DNA from: Bdellovibrio sp.
GTDB lineage: Bacteria > Bdellovibrionota > Bdellovibrionia > Bdellovibrionales > Bdellovibrionaceae
Direction of reading: 5' to 3'
Assembly (NCBI GenBank): GCA_036676395.1
Contig: JAKFCY010000002.1
Span: forward strand, 1,888,001 to 1,952,000
DNA length: 64,000 bases
Position numbers and translations under genes: made by a program. A model generated the notes under the pieces. That model had not been told where the DNA came from. It saw nothing but the letters and a program-made list of their open reading frames with translations, and ran no database searches. Numbering within the stretch: position 1 is the first letter of the stretch; each line of letters opens with the position of its first letter. Shown piece after piece: positions 1 through 10,738 of this stretch.

Positions 1-522
1 CATCAAATCATAGGCCAGGCCCGATTGATAATTACCCTGCATCGGTTGATAACGAAAACCATAAGCCGCAAGATCTGCAACCTGAATTCCACCCATCGTG
101 TCTTCACGAAAGTTAATAATTGAAAACGTCACACCTTTGTAATTGATGTTTGGGTTCTCAGTGTCGTCTTCAGCCTCTTCGTCTTCCATTTCACGTTTGG
201 CGCGTTTGGCATTTTTATCAATATCATCGCCTTTAAAGCTTTGTTCTTTAACAGTGCCAATACCTTCGATGTTTAAATCTGTATCTGGAATATACCCGAT
301 TGTTCCATCTTTAAATTTAACTTTGTAAAAAGGGCCGTAGGTTTTTTTTGAAACTAAAAACGATTGATCGGGGTCTACTGAACCAATGACCGCGGCATCA
401 AAATCCGGGGTGCCATAAACATCAGTGTCTGGATTTAAAACGTGAGCTTTGTTTTGCGCTGAAGCAAATGAACTGCATAAACAAAAAATGATGATTAAAA
501 AAATCGGCGAAGCTAGTCTCAT
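1..522 (-). CDS. Secreted SH3-like domain protein, 3'-truncated at window edge
   Basis: Not in the ORF track. Manual translation from ATG 522 is open to position 1: MRLASPIFLIIIFCLCSSFASAQ (signal peptide)...DVYGTPDFDAAVIGSV...GPFYKVKFKDGTIGYIPD (bacterial SH3-like pattern). Confidence 0.7.
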   Translation of the reverse strand, partial: MRLASPIFLIIIFCLCSSFASAQNKAHVLNPDTDVYGTPDFDAAVIGSVDPDQSFLVSKKTYGPFYKVKFKDGTIGYIPDTDLNIEGIGTVKEQSFKGDDIDKNAKRAKREMEDEEAEDDTENPNINYKGVTFSIINFREDTMGGIQVADLAAYGFRYQPMQGNYQSGLAYDLM

Positions 523-547
523 CACCCGTCATTATTAAATCAACGGA

Positions 548-958
548 TTAACCACGCAAGGATAAATTGTCGCCGCCATAACTTGGCGCACGGCGAGTTG
601 GTAAATTCAAAGCTGGTTTTAGTAAAAATGCGGGATCTTCTGAGCGTGTTTTCATGAATGCTTTAATTTTAACTGCCGCAAGCTCGGGGTTTTTCATATA
701 AAGCATCGGATCAAATCCACAATGCTGACACAGTAAGGATTGGCGCCAGCGAAGCTTGGTGCAGCTTTCGCCCACCAGTAACAGTGTTCCTAAAATTACA
801 AGGCCACGTACATCCGGCTGGTGCCAGATCACAAACGTCATGACGTAACTTAATAGCACCATACCAATAATACCCATCATACTCAGATGCTTACTGGTGT
901 ATACTTTACGGGTATTTTTGCAAAAGGCGCAGTAGCAAGATTTACGATTTTGGATCAT
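548..958 (-). CDS. Hypothetical two-TM membrane protein with Cys motifs (possible Zn ribbon)
   Basis: CYCAFC and CQHC flank two hydrophobic helices. Start moved to ATG 958, preceded by AAGGAAA. Confidence 0.65.
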   Translation of the reverse strand: MIQNRKSCYCAFCKNTRKVYTSKHLSMMGIIGMVLLSYVMTFVIWHQPDVRGLVILGTLLLVGESCTKLRWRQSLLCQHCGFDPMLYMKNPELAAVKIKAFMKTRSEDPAFLLKPALNLPTRRAPSYGGDNLSLRG

Positions 959-1047
959 TTGTATTTCCTTGTATTTCCAGTTTGCCAAAGAATAGGTTTA
1001 TTTTCTATTCTGAGACTCATAATAACAAAGGATTAGCCTTAAGCCCG

Positions 1048-1536
1048 ATGAAGATAGAACTCAAACCAAACTGTTTACTGACTAAACGCCCTCTGAAACT
1101 GGTCTCTGGTCCTAAGAGCATCTTTTTCTACCGCGCACCCTGGGGCTTGCTGCCCGAGGTTCTCTATGAACATGGCTACCGTGCTTCGGTGATGCAACTG
1201 CCTTTTAACGACAAAAAGCTACGCCAAAAAGCCTTCACTAACCGCCTTGCTGAACTTAACGATTGTCACATTGTGATCGATGAAAAAACCTATCAAGAAT
1301 TTTCAAGCCTTTTGAAAAACGTAAAAAATTCGACAATCACCATCATTGGCGACAACTACAAACCCGCATACACTACAACTTCGCTAACCTACAATTTACA
1401 TCGGACTTGGCTTAAGTTTTTAGGGTTTGAAGCGACCTCTCCACAAAATTTGTTTCTGAATGCCGATAAAAACACCTGGTATGCCTTTATAGATCACTGC
1501 GTGAAATTAGCAGAACTTGATTTCCTTTCGGAATAA
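1048..1536 (+). CDS. Hypothetical protein
   Basis: ORF 982..1536; first ATG (MKIELKPNCLL) at 1048; no recognisable motif. Confidence 0.55.
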   Translation: MKIELKPNCLLTKRPLKLVSGPKSIFFYRAPWGLLPEVLYEHGYRASVMQLPFNDKKLRQKAFTNRLAELNDCHIVIDEKTYQEFSSLLKNVKNSTITIIGDNYKPAYTTTSLTYNLHRTWLKFLGFEATSPQNLFLNADKNTWYAFIDHCVKLAELDFLSE

Positions 1537-1574
1537 GAGATAATTTGTTGTGCTGAAAGCACACAAGGAAACAG

Positions 1575-2117
1575 ATGAGAGAAGTTAATCCGCAAATGGA
1601 ACCCCAAAAAGCGAATGTTCGCGAAATTCTGAATTACTTAAAAGAATTCGTGCAAAATCCGGTTTTAAAAATTACTGAAATTCCTTCTTGGGATTGGATG
1701 TCTTTGATCATCGTGCAAATCACTTTTGCAGTTGTTTCTGGTGTTTTAGCCGGAGCCATCAAGCTGAATTTACTTCGCGCGCTGTCGGGTATTTTTCTAA
1801 TGCCGATCGTGTCGACGATTTCGAGCATGCTTTTAACCACATTTTTCTATTATTATTTTCAATTTTTTGAAAACCGCACTGAAAGCTATCGTCGCATTTT
1901 TGCCTTCGTCACTTTAGCTTCAATTCCCTTTTATATTTTTCAAATTGCTTCTGAGTATTTTCCGCCGGTGACTTTAGTGGGTTTTGGTTTTACCAGCTTA
2001 CTTTGCGTTGTCGGGCTATCAGAAAACTTCAGGGTTGATCGTAAACGCGCTTACCAAATCGCGGTCTTTTTATACCTTTTAGTGTTAGCTACGTGGTTAT
2101 TAAATAAATATATATGA
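1575..2117 (+). CDS. Yip1-family membrane protein
   Basis: 180 aa with about five TM segments after an N-terminal 'FVQNP' motif; AAGGAAA RBS. Confidence 0.6.
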   Translation: MREVNPQMEPQKANVREILNYLKEFVQNPVLKITEIPSWDWMSLIIVQITFAVVSGVLAGAIKLNLLRALSGIFLMPIVSTISSMLLTTFFYYYFQFFENRTESYRRIFAFVTLASIPFYIFQIASEYFPPVTLVGFGFTSLLCVVGLSENFRVDRKRAYQIAVFLYLLVLATWLLNKYI

Positions 2118-2452
2118 GCCGTATTAAAACCTATTCAGAATTTTGGTTTTTTTATTTACAAGAACATTCGCATGCGATGAACCGCAACTTACATTTTATC
2201 GGCACAACATTAGTTTTGATTTTTATTAGCCTTGCTCTGGCCACTGGCAATTATAATATTTTTTGGCTGTGCCCGCTTGCGGGATACGCTTTTGCCTGGG
2301 TAGGGCATTTTAAAATTGAACACAACCGACCGGCAACGTTTAAACACCCGTTTTGGAGTTTGATTTCAGATTTTAAAATGTATTTCTACTTCTTAAGTGG
2401 AAAGCTCAATTCCGAAATCGAAAAATCTAAAGACTATAATTTTAACAGCTAA
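2114..2452 (+). CDS. DUF962 / Mpo1-like membrane protein
   Basis: FWxFYLxEH...NRxLHFIGT...GYAFAWVGHFKIEHNRPATFKHP signature. Confidence 0.9.
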   Translation: MSRIKTYSEFWFFYLQEHSHAMNRNLHFIGTTLVLIFISLALATGNYNIFWLCPLAGYAFAWVGHFKIEHNRPATFKHPFWSLISDFKMYFYFLSGKLNSEIEKSKDYNFNS

Positions 2453-2458
2453 ATTTAA

Positions 2459-3250
2459 CTAAGGTTTCTTTTCAAAAAAAGCATCAACTGCTGTTTCATG
2501 ATCTTTAGTTCTTTGCGTGATACCTTGAAACGCAGCCAGTAAATCTAAATTCACCTGCAAATCATTACGATAAGCTGCTTTTAAAGATTTTTTAGCCATT
2601 TGCACAGCGACTGCAGGAAGGCCCGCAATCTTAGTGGCAAGCAATGTCACTTCTTTTTCTAAATCAGCTGTTTCAACAAAATAATTCATTAAGCCAAAAT
2701 CAAAAGCTTTTTTGCCAGAAATAATTTCAGCAGTCATCGTCATTTGCATGGCTTTAGAGAACCCCACAACTCGAGTTAAAAAATAAGTTCCGCCGTCTCC
2801 TGGAACTAATCCAAGTTTTGCAAAAGTTTCGCCAAAACGCGATTCTTCACAGCCAACACGCAAATCACACATCATCGCTAAATCGTTGCCCGCACCTATT
2901 GCAGGGCCATTGACCATGGCAATAATAGGTTTAGATAGATCTTCCATACATTTAGGAATTTTTTGAATGCCATGCATATAGCGCATACGTAATTCGTTTG
3001 AATCTCCCTGAAACATGCCCGACTTTTCTTTCATCGCTTGCACATCGCCACCGGCTGAAAAAGCTCTGCCTGCACCGCAAATCACGATGACTTTCACATC
3101 AGGGTTCATATCGGCCTTAAAAAGTGTTGCCACCAATGAATCAATCATTTCATAGCTAATGGCGTTCAGTTTTTCTGGGTTATTCAAGGTAATCCAAAGT
3201 TGATTTTGATTTTTCATTTCAGACATTAAGTGCGGCAGATTTTGTGTCAT
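2459..3250 (-). CDS. Enoyl-CoA hydratase/isomerase family protein
   Basis: LNNPEKLNAI, AFSAGGDV, KPIIAMVNGPAIGAG, LGLVPGDGG motifs. Confidence 0.92.
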   Translation of the reverse strand: MTQNLPHLMSEMKNQNQLWITLNNPEKLNAISYEMIDSLVATLFKADMNPDVKVIVICGAGRAFSAGGDVQAMKEKSGMFQGDSNELRMRYMHGIQKIPKCMEDLSKPIIAMVNGPAIGAGNDLAMMCDLRVGCEESRFGETFAKLGLVPGDGGTYFLTRVVGFSKAMQMTMTAEIISGKKAFDFGLMNYFVETADLEKEVTLLATKIAGLPAVAVQMAKKSLKAAYRNDLQVNLDLLAAFQGITQRTKDHETAVDAFFEKKP

Positions 3251-3268
3251 TACAAGTTTCCTCTTTTA

Positions 3269-4360
3269 CTATATTAACGAGAAAGATAGGTAAAATACAC
3301 CTTCTGATTTCGGCATATTCGTTTCATTTTTTACTTTGTCGTAAGCTTCTGTGTATCTTTGGTCGTTGTTAGATAATGATTTTGCGAATTCTAAATTATT
3401 TAGCGCCTGAATGCGATCACCTTTACTCCAAGACGCCCAGGCTAAATAATAATAGCGAAGTGCCTGCAATTTTGAATCTTCTTTTACGCTTGGAAAAGCA
3501 TTTATTAGTTTTGCCCCGCCATTTTCTGAATGAATTAAGCCATACATATACATTTCGCGCATTTCGATATCACGCGGATTTAATTTATAAGCCTGTTCTA
3601 ACTTCGGAAACAGCTGCCCGCCTTCAGCATAAACTATGGGTTTCTGACCGAAGCCAACGGCTTTTATATAAATTTTCAGAGCTTCGAAGTCATTCGGGTA
3701 TGAAGCTATTAAGGTTTGCACCATCGACACCATCAGAGGTGGATTTTTAACCTGTTTTAAAAGTTGAGCCTGAATTTTTCGCTGTAGAACACTTTGAGTT
3801 AAACTTTTAACGTCGACATCATCTGCATACTGAAAATCAGTGACGTAAGCTTGATAGACTTTTAAAAAAGCCTTACACATAACACTTTCGATGACTTCAT
3901 TAACTTGCGCGGTATTTTTTTTATTTCCGATCAGACATTTATCGGCAACACTCAGATCGCCTGACTCTGGAAAAGTAAAACATTTGATATCGTATTTACC
4001 AGGATCATTTTTACGGGCTTCAACGAGCTCCGCATGACTGTTCTTTTTTAAAAGATCATCATGCTGAAGTTTACAGTATGAACTCTTTAAAAATGTTTCT
4101 TCAGCGCTTAAAGTTTTTGCAACCGCTTCAGGCAGCGGTGGCGGAGGCGGAGGCACAGTTTGTGACACTTCACTTAACGGCGGCGGCGGCGGTATCGCCT
4201 GACTTTGGGTAGCAATTACTTCAGCTTTTGGAACAAACTCTTCTTTTGCAACGATCACACCTAAAAAATTATTTGTATAACTATACCAAACAATCACGGC
4301 AACGACGACCGCTACGGCAAAAAATAAATTCGCCGCAAGATCTTTCACAATGAATCCCAT
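3269..4360 (-). CDS. Membrane-anchored hypothetical protein, helical/TPR-like C-terminus (paralogue A)
   Basis: N-terminal TM, Pro-rich linker, 4 Cys, helical repeats; shares motifs with 4345..5427. Confidence 0.65.
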   Translation of the reverse strand: MGFIVKDLAANLFFAVAVVVAVIVWYSYTNNFLGVIVAKEEFVPKAEVIATQSQAIPPPPPLSEVSQTVPPPPPPLPEAVAKTLSAEETFLKSSYCKLQHDDLLKKNSHAELVEARKNDPGKYDIKCFTFPESGDLSVADKCLIGNKKNTAQVNEVIESVMCKAFLKVYQAYVTDFQYADDVDVKSLTQSVLQRKIQAQLLKQVKNPPLMVSMVQTLIASYPNDFEALKIYIKAVGFGQKPIVYAEGGQLFPKLEQAYKLNPRDIEMREMYMYGLIHSENGGAKLINAFPSVKEDSKLQALRYYYLAWASWSKGDRIQALNNLEFAKSLSNNDQRYTEAYDKVKNETNMPKSEGVFYLSFSLI

Positions 4361-5427
4361 TCAGGCATAAGTTCAAAATCTAAATCAAAAATATTATGTT
4401 GCCCGAAAACAACTTTTTTATCGTTCACTTTTTTTAACGTCTTTTCAAATAAATATTTGTGTTTCACACTTTTTTGCACACCCGTAGTAAGGTGTAGTTT
4501 TGTTTTTTCAAAGCTGGATTTGTGTATCCAGTAAAACCAAGCATAAAAATAGTAGGCGTAAAAATCATCTCTCAAAAATTCAAGTTCTGTTAATTTAAAA
4601 AGTCCCCGTTCAGAAACCATTACGCTGTAAGCGACAAACTGCTGAATTTCTTTATCCTGAGGCGCAAGCTTATAGGCCTTCATTATATATGGATACACTG
4701 GCCCTGCACTTGAGAAATCATGCACAGGAAGAAGATATTGCGCGATCAAATACAGCTTCAAAGCCTTTAGCTGATTAGGTGCGCGGCGAAGCACTTCGTC
4801 TGCCAAAGTTTTTTGTAATTCATCATCATAGTGTAAACGGGCTACAAATTGCGCAATCAATTTAGCCCGAAGAATATCCTCAGGCATATTATTAATATCT
4901 GTTACATCAGTATAAAAATAATCAGTTAGCATGAATTTGTAATAAGTCAGAAACGCATCACATAAAGCGTCTGCAACCACGCTATTCGTATCACTGTTTT
5001 TATAAATGACTTCAGTTGATGGTTTATCAGTGCAACTTTTAATGTCCATCCCTTTTACAGTTGGAATAGCAAAACAGTTGTTATCCATGAACGCCGGATT
5101 TTTTTCAAGCGCTTCACGAAAGACTTTTCCGCTGGGAATTCTAAGCATTTCTTGAAATTGAGCCTTACAGAATGGACTATTGGGAAGATTCTCAGAAGTT
5201 TTAACAACGGCTGCTGAAACTGCAACTGAAACCAATGCTGGAGCAGAAGCAGATGCTACAGCTACTGGGCCAGAAACTACTGCGGTATGAGTTACGATTG
5301 CCGATGTAAGAACTTGAACTTCTTGAGCAGCAAGGTCTCCACTGAAATAATTCGATAGAAGAGTCCACAGAACAACTGCAACAAGTACTAAAACTACCAG
5401 CCCAGCTTTTACTGCAGATTTATTCAC
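4345..5427 (-). CDS. Membrane-anchored hypothetical protein, helical/TPR-like C-terminus (paralogue B)
   Basis: N-terminal TM, Ala/Val linker, 4 Cys; GTG start overlaps the dut stop codon by one base. Confidence 0.65.
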   Translation of the reverse strand: MNKSAVKAGLVVLVLVAVVLWTLLSNYFSGDLAAQEVQVLTSAIVTHTAVVSGPVAVASASAPALVSVAVSAAVVKTSENLPNSPFCKAQFQEMLRIPSGKVFREALEKNPAFMDNNCFAIPTVKGMDIKSCTDKPSTEVIYKNSDTNSVVADALCDAFLTYYKFMLTDYFYTDVTDINNMPEDILRAKLIAQFVARLHYDDELQKTLADEVLRRAPNQLKALKLYLIAQYLLPVHDFSSAGPVYPYIMKAYKLAPQDKEIQQFVAYSVMVSERGLFKLTELEFLRDDFYAYYFYAWFYWIHKSSFEKTKLHLTTGVQKSVKHKYLFEKTLKKVNDKKVVFGQHNIFDLDFELMPEWDSL

Positions 5428-5867
5428 TAAGCTCTTCCTGTTGAACCAAATCCACCAGCACCACGTGCTGTATCAGAAAGCTCTTCCACTAATTGAAAGC
5501 TAGCTTGAATAATCGGACAAATCACAAACTGTGCGCAACGTTCTTGATCGTTGATCACAATCGGCTCTTGACCAAGGTTAACTAAAATCACTTTCACTTC
5601 ACCACGGTAATCAGCATCGATTGTACCAGGTGTATTTAACACTGATAAACCTTGTTTGGCTGCTAAACCACTGCGCGGGCGACATTGAATTTCATAACCT
5701 ACCGGAATTTCAAAAGTTAAACCTGTCGGAACCATCGCGCGCTCCATAGGCTTTAAAGTTAATGGTTGCTCTAACTGAGCACGCACATCAAAACCACTTG
5801 CACCATGCGATTGGTAAGCCGGAAGTTCACCTTTGAAATGTGGCCATTTTTTAATTTTAACTTGCAT
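5427..5867 (-). CDS. dut: dUTP diphosphatase
   Basis: [33 protein letters not shown] motifs; start set at ATG 5867 after AGGAG. Confidence 0.97.
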   Translation of the reverse strand: MQVKIKKWPHFKGELPAYQSHGASGFDVRAQLEQPLTLKPMERAMVPTGLTFEIPVGYEIQCRPRSGLAAKQGLSVLNTPGTIDADYRGEVKVILVNLGQEPIVINDQERCAQFVICPIIQASFQLVEELSDTARGAGGFGSTGRA

Positions 5868-5899
5868 AACTATCTCCTGCCGCGCTTTTAGCGCGAGTC

Positions 5900-7174
5900 C
5901 TATTTTTTCGCAAAATTGATAGCATTCACCCATGGTTTCATTTTTGAAACATGAGGTCCCATAAGGATGACAGCCATCTTTTCCAAATCAAAATGTTCTT
6001 TAAGATACATCTTGATTGATTTTTCACTTACGGCTTCAACTTCTTGAATGACTTTTTCAACTGAACGATAATCTGCAAAAATCATTTCATTCACACCCAG
6101 TGAAGTCATACGGTTATCAATATCGTCAGAACCCATTAATAATTGGCCACGCACTTGGGTTTTAAATAAATCTAAATCCGATTTTTTAATTCCATCTTTT
6201 TTAATTTTTAATAATTCATCTTTAATAATGCTAATAACTTTTTTAACTTTTGTGGGATCAGTGCCGGCATAAATGGTGATATTGCCACAATCGACTTGCG
6301 TATTTAAAGACGAAAATACGCTATAAGCTAAACCCTGCTTTTCACGCACGGCTTGATAAAGTTTAGACGTCATACCACCGCCTAATAACGAATTCACAAT
6401 AAATGCTTCAAAGCGGTATTTATCGTGAAAGCTGGTCGCTGGCAGGGCCAAAAGAATATGAACCTGTTCTGAATCATCATCGTAAAATTTACGTGTGGCT
6501 TTCCAGCGGGGCGCCCGACGCACATTGGGCACATCAAAAGTTTTGCGGGTGCGAAACATTTTTTGCGCTTCGATAACCAAGGCATCATGCTCTAAAGGGC
6601 CAGCTGCAGAAACGATTAAGTTACTACCCTGGTAAAACTTCTTATAGAAGTCGTAGACCTTTTTTTGTGTCATCTTTGATAGAGTGTCACTTTTACCTAA
6701 GATCTGACGACCTAAGGGATGATTGGCGTAACAGTGTTCGAATAGGTAATCGTAAATAATTTCTTCTGGCGAATCATCACTCATTTGAATTTCTTGTAGA
6801 ACGACTTTTTTTTCTAATTCAAAGTCTTTCTTAGAAATTTTCATATTACAAACCAGATCAGATAAAACTTCTAAGCCGATCTTCCAGTCTTCTTTTAAAA
6901 CTGTGCAATGGTAAGTCGTTTGTTCACGAGTTGTGTAAGCGTTAAGTTCTCCGCCTAAAGATTCTAAAGACCTTGCGATTTGATAAGCATTACGCTTCTT
7001 GGTGCCCTTAAAAACTAAGTGCTCAACAAAATGCGAAATACCGATTTCTTCTGGATCTTCATCGCGCGTGCCGGTTAACACCCACACACCTAATGCGACA
7101 GATTTAGAGTGCGGATGATATTCACTCACCACGCGCACTCCATTAGATAAAGTCGATTTTTTAAAATGTGACAA
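5900..7174 (-). CDS. M16 (pitrilysin/inverzincin) metallopeptidase
   Basis: HFVEH (HXXEH), [18 protein letters not shown]; usual position between pnp and dut. Confidence 0.93.
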   Translation of the reverse strand: MSHFKKSTLSNGVRVVSEYHPHSKSVALGVWVLTGTRDEDPEEIGISHFVEHLVFKGTKKRNAYQIARSLESLGGELNAYTTREQTTYHCTVLKEDWKIGLEVLSDLVCNMKISKKDFELEKKVVLQEIQMSDDSPEEIIYDYLFEHCYANHPLGRQILGKSDTLSKMTQKKVYDFYKKFYQGSNLIVSAAGPLEHDALVIEAQKMFRTRKTFDVPNVRRAPRWKATRKFYDDDSEQVHILLALPATSFHDKYRFEAFIVNSLLGGGMTSKLYQAVREKQGLAYSVFSSLNTQVDCGNITIYAGTDPTKVKKVISIIKDELLKIKKDGIKKSDLDLFKTQVRGQLLMGSDDIDNRMTSLGVNEMIFADYRSVEKVIQEVEAVSEKSIKMYLKEHFDLEKMAVILMGPHVSKMKPWVNAINFAKK

Positions 7175-7180
7175 TGATAA

Positions 7181-9277
7181 CTACTGCATTAAAGCTTTAC
7201 GAGAAAGTTTAATACGCCCTGAACGGTCTACTTCAAGTACTTTTACGTCAATCATTTCGCCCTCTTTAAGAACGTCTGTTACTTGGCGTACGCGCTCGTT
7301 AGCAAGCTCAGAGATATGTAATAAACCTTGTGTGTTCGGAAGGATTTCTACGAAAGCTCCGAATTCAGCAATTTTCATTACTTTACCTTTATAAACTTTT
7401 CCAACTTCTGCTTCAGCACAGATTGATTCGATGATCGCGATAGCTTTTTTAGTTGCTGCTGGATCAGATGAAGCGATGTTGATTGTACCATCATCTTGAA
7501 TTTCAATTTTAACGCCAGTTTGTTCAGTGATTGAACGAATAACTTTACCGCCCGAACCGATAACTTCACGGATTTTATCAACTTTAATTTTGATCGTTTC
7601 AATACGAGGAGCAAATTCAGACATTTGACCGCGAGGAGCTTTCATCACTTTTTCCATTTCGCCTAGGATGAATAAACGTCCGTCACGAGCTTGGTTAAGT
7701 GCTGTTTCCATAACTGCAAAAGAAACTGAATCGATTTTGATATCCATTTGTAAAGCTGTGATACCAGTAGACGATCCTGCAACTTTAAAATCCATATCAC
7801 CTAAGTGATCTTCATCACCTAAGATATCAGAAAGAACGGCAACGCGGTCGCCTTCTTTAATTAAACCCATCGCAATACCTGCAATGTTTGTTTTAATTTT
7901 GATACCAGCATCAAGCATCGCTAAAGTTGCAGCACATACTGAACCCATTGAGCTTGAACCATTTGATTCTAAAACTTCAGAAACTAAACGGATTGTGTAT
8001 GGGAATTGCGCGTGATCAGGAGCCACTGCTTTAACTGAACGTTCAGCTAAGTTTCCGTGACCGATTTCGCGACGACCTTGACCGCCGAAACGACCTACTT
8101 CGCCCACAGAGTATGGAGGAAAGTTGTAGTGTAATGAAAATTTACGTTTAACAGTTCCGTTTAATGTTTCAACTGTTTGTTCATCATCAGCTGTACCTAA
8201 AGTTACAGTCGCTAAACACTGAGTCTCACCACGTTGGAATAAACCAGAACCATGGGCACGTGGTAATAAACCAACTTCACACATGATCGGACGAACTGTT
8301 TTTAAATCGCGACCGTCAATACGAGAAGCTGTATCTAAAATTTGTGAACGAGCTACTTTGTATTTAATATCTTCGATAACTGTTGAAACTTCTGATTTAC
8401 GTTGAGCCTGAAGTTTTTCATCAGTGATTGTTTTCACTAACTGAGTAACAGCAGCATCTTTAGCTGCATCAAATGCCGCATAACGATCTTGTTTAATTTT
8501 TTGCGATAATGCTTTTTGAATCATTGGTGTTAATAATGTTTCAGCTTGAGTTCTGAAATCAGCATCAATCTTAGCTGCCGTGAACGGACGTTTTGCTACA
8601 CTTCCTGTTTTTTCACGTAACTCTTCTTGCATTTGTAATAACGGCATTAAAGCTTGGTGACCGAATTTTAAAGCAGCTAGTGCGTCTGCTTCAGAGATAA
8701 ATTTCGTTTCGCCTTCAACCATTAATAAACCATTTTTAGTTCCAGATACGATGATGTCCATATCTGATTGAGTTAATTGCTCAGGAGTAGGATTTGCAAT
8801 AAATTGACCGTTTACACGACCAACTTGGCAAGTCGCTGTAGGACCAGCAAATGGAATATTAGAAATATGCAATGCAGCTGAAGCTCCTAAAGAAGCTAAT
8901 ACGTCCATTGAGAATGAACCGTCAGCTGAAAGAATAGTTGCTACAACTTGCGTGTCGTTTAAATAACCTTCAGGAAAAAGTGGGCGGATCGGACGATCAA
9001 CCATACGTGCACTTAATACTGAATCATTTGAAGGTTTACCTTCACGTTTGAAATAACCGCCCGGGATTTTTCCGATAGCGTAATATTTTTCGATGAATTC
9101 AACTGTTAAAGGGAAAAAGCTTTGTCCTGGTTTTGCTTCTTTAGAAGATACTGCAGTAACTAAAACTACGTTGTTGCCACATGTAACTAAAACTGAACCA
9201 TCAGTTTGTTTAGCAAGGCGTCCTGTTTCGATTGTGATTTGTTTTCCTGCGATTGAGGTTGTAACTGTGTTGACCAT
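7181..9277 (-). CDS. pnp: Polyribonucleotide nucleotidyltransferase
   Basis: FFPLTV, RREIGHG, SNGSSSM, GDMDFKVAG, followed by KH and S1 domains. Confidence 0.99.
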   Translation of the reverse strand: MVNTVTTSIAGKQITIETGRLAKQTDGSVLVTCGNNVVLVTAVSSKEAKPGQSFFPLTVEFIEKYYAIGKIPGGYFKREGKPSNDSVLSARMVDRPIRPLFPEGYLNDTQVVATILSADGSFSMDVLASLGASAALHISNIPFAGPTATCQVGRVNGQFIANPTPEQLTQSDMDIIVSGTKNGLLMVEGETKFISEADALAALKFGHQALMPLLQMQEELREKTGSVAKRPFTAAKIDADFRTQAETLLTPMIQKALSQKIKQDRYAAFDAAKDAAVTQLVKTITDEKLQAQRKSEVSTVIEDIKYKVARSQILDTASRIDGRDLKTVRPIMCEVGLLPRAHGSGLFQRGETQCLATVTLGTADDEQTVETLNGTVKRKFSLHYNFPPYSVGEVGRFGGQGRREIGHGNLAERSVKAVAPDHAQFPYTIRLVSEVLESNGSSSMGSVCAATLAMLDAGIKIKTNIAGIAMGLIKEGDRVAVLSDILGDEDHLGDMDFKVAGSSTGITALQMDIKIDSVSFAVMETALNQARDGRLFILGEMEKVMKAPRGQMSEFAPRIETIKIKVDKIREVIGSGGKVIRSITEQTGVKIEIQDDGTINIASSDPAATKKAIAIIESICAEAEVGKVYKGKVMKIAEFGAFVEILPNTQGLLHISELANERVRQVTDVLKEGEMIDVKVLEVDRSGRIKLSRKALMQ

Positions 9278-9466
9278 TATTGTAGGTCTCCTTTTATATT
9301 TTTTCTGAAATCTTTCAGATTTACTTTTTTGTCGTTTTTACTTACCGACATTAAGACATAAATTTAACATTTCGCCAATGAAAAAAGGGCCAGTTTCTCT
9401 CTCGAGGATTGTCTGATTTTTCATCTTAATTTTGAGTGTGATTTTCGGCCTGCGTCACAGCCTAAA

Positions 9467-10738
9467 CTACTTAGCATTACCTGAAGAACTGCTCTTTTTT
9501 ACGTCATTGCCAGAGTTTTCTGAGCTTGATACTGAAGTGTTCGCAAATTGGCTTAAACCTTTTAGTTTATTGGTGTGTTTTGGACAAGTTTTGCGGTTAT
9601 CTAAGTAGTTTCCAAGCAAACCGGTAAAGGCGTAACCTGAAACTTTATGTTCTCCTGAACCGTAAGAGGCGCATAAATAAGACTCAGGGTGAGCTTTCTT
9701 TTGCTTTTTTAAAGACTCAGAAACCATGTCATTGATTTCTGAATTATTCATCAGTGAATTAAGCATGATCTCTGACGTTCCCGCCCCATACACCGGCGTT
9801 GTTCCCATATGCACTTTGTATAAACATTGATTGCTCATCGGCTCAGTCACACCGAACTTGCCAAAGCCATTAAATGATTGTGCATACATGGCCATCTTTT
9901 CTTCAGGCCGCCTCATGCCGGCAGATCGCCTTGCGGCTGAAGTAAAACGATTTTGCATATACTTATGCGCCATTATATCTAAAATTTTTAAACGCAACTC
10001 ATCACCTGGATATGAAAAAACCTGATCTATCTTTTCTTCATCACGAATCGGTTCATGCACGAATCCTGCTGGATTTGTTTTAACCACCATACAGCACTCA
10101 TCTTTCTGGGGGTTGCTCACTAGAAAAAACATTGCACTTTGACCAACGGCAAAATTTTCAAGACAAACCGTATGATCTTTTCCTTTTGGGTCTTCGGTAA
10201 ATTTTTTCAGACGCGAGCTGCGGTTTTTTAAATCCACCAGGCCGTTGTCATACCCTGTTCTTTCGCGGTCACAGCCCATGGTATCACCAACAGCAATAGC
10301 ATCCAGTGGAATAGTCCCGAAAGCTGAAGCATAAGATTGCGCCGAAGTCATATTGTCGACCACCTTGCGGCCTGCAAGCGGTGGGTTTTCAGTCACAACG
10401 ATCGCTAAAGCCAAATAGGGATCATTGCCCGCCTTGATCGCAGAATCTATAATTTCTTGCACAGTTTTTTTATGATACTTTGTCGATTCTTTACTTTGAT
10501 AATACTGATCGTTGGGCATTGATAGCGTCATCAGTTCAGATGATTTATTTGTTTTTTTAGAATCAAAACAATTTAAATATCCATTGGCTAAAAAGGCTTT
10601 ACACTCGTCAGTGTTTTGATTAACCGTCACGTTTTCAAAACGTGTTATTTTTTTCTCAGCACATGAAATTTTATATTCATAAGCAGATGCATGAACGCCA
10701 GCAAAAATTATAAGCGTAGAAAGTTTATTTAACTTCAT
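9467..10738 (-). CDS. Secreted Cys-rich protein, putative divergent lytic transglycosylase/lysozyme-like fold
   Basis: Signal peptide; IIDSAIKAGNDPYLALAIVVTE resembles SLT motif I (E117); AMYAQSFNGFG resembles A-YNxG; 10 Cys. Confidence 0.5.
   Translation of the reverse strand: MKLNKLSTLIIFAGVHASAYEYKISCAEKKITRFENVTVNQNTDECKAFLANGYLNCFDSKKTNKSSELMTLSMPNDQYYQSKESTKYHKKTVQEIIDSAIKAGNDPYLALAIVVTENPPLAGRKVVDNMTSAQSYASAFGTIPLDAIAVGDTMGCDRERTGYDNGLVDLKNRSSRLKKFTEDPKGKDHTVCLENFAVGQSAMFFLVSNPQKDECCMVVKTNPAGFVHEPIRDEEKIDQVFSYPGDELRLKILDIMAHKYMQNRFTSAARRSAGMRRPEEKMAMYAQSFNGFGKFGVTEPMSNQCLYKVHMGTTPVYGAGTSEIMLNSLMNNSEINDMVSESLKKQKKAHPESYLCASYGSGEHKVSGYAFTGLLGNYLDNRKTCPKHTNKLKGLSQFANTSVSSSENSGNDVKKSSSSGNAK

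Noticed and set aside
143..328. Short plus-strand ORF and the many other 60-125 aa ORFs overlapping long genes
   Set aside because: They are antisense or off-frame shadows of well-supported genes and show no motifs; this one lies opposite the 1..522 gene.
9304..9350. Hairpins in the pnp 5' region as a regulatory RNA
   Set aside because: The stems (TCTGAAA/TTTCAGA, TGTCG/CGACA) are short; not enough evidence to call.
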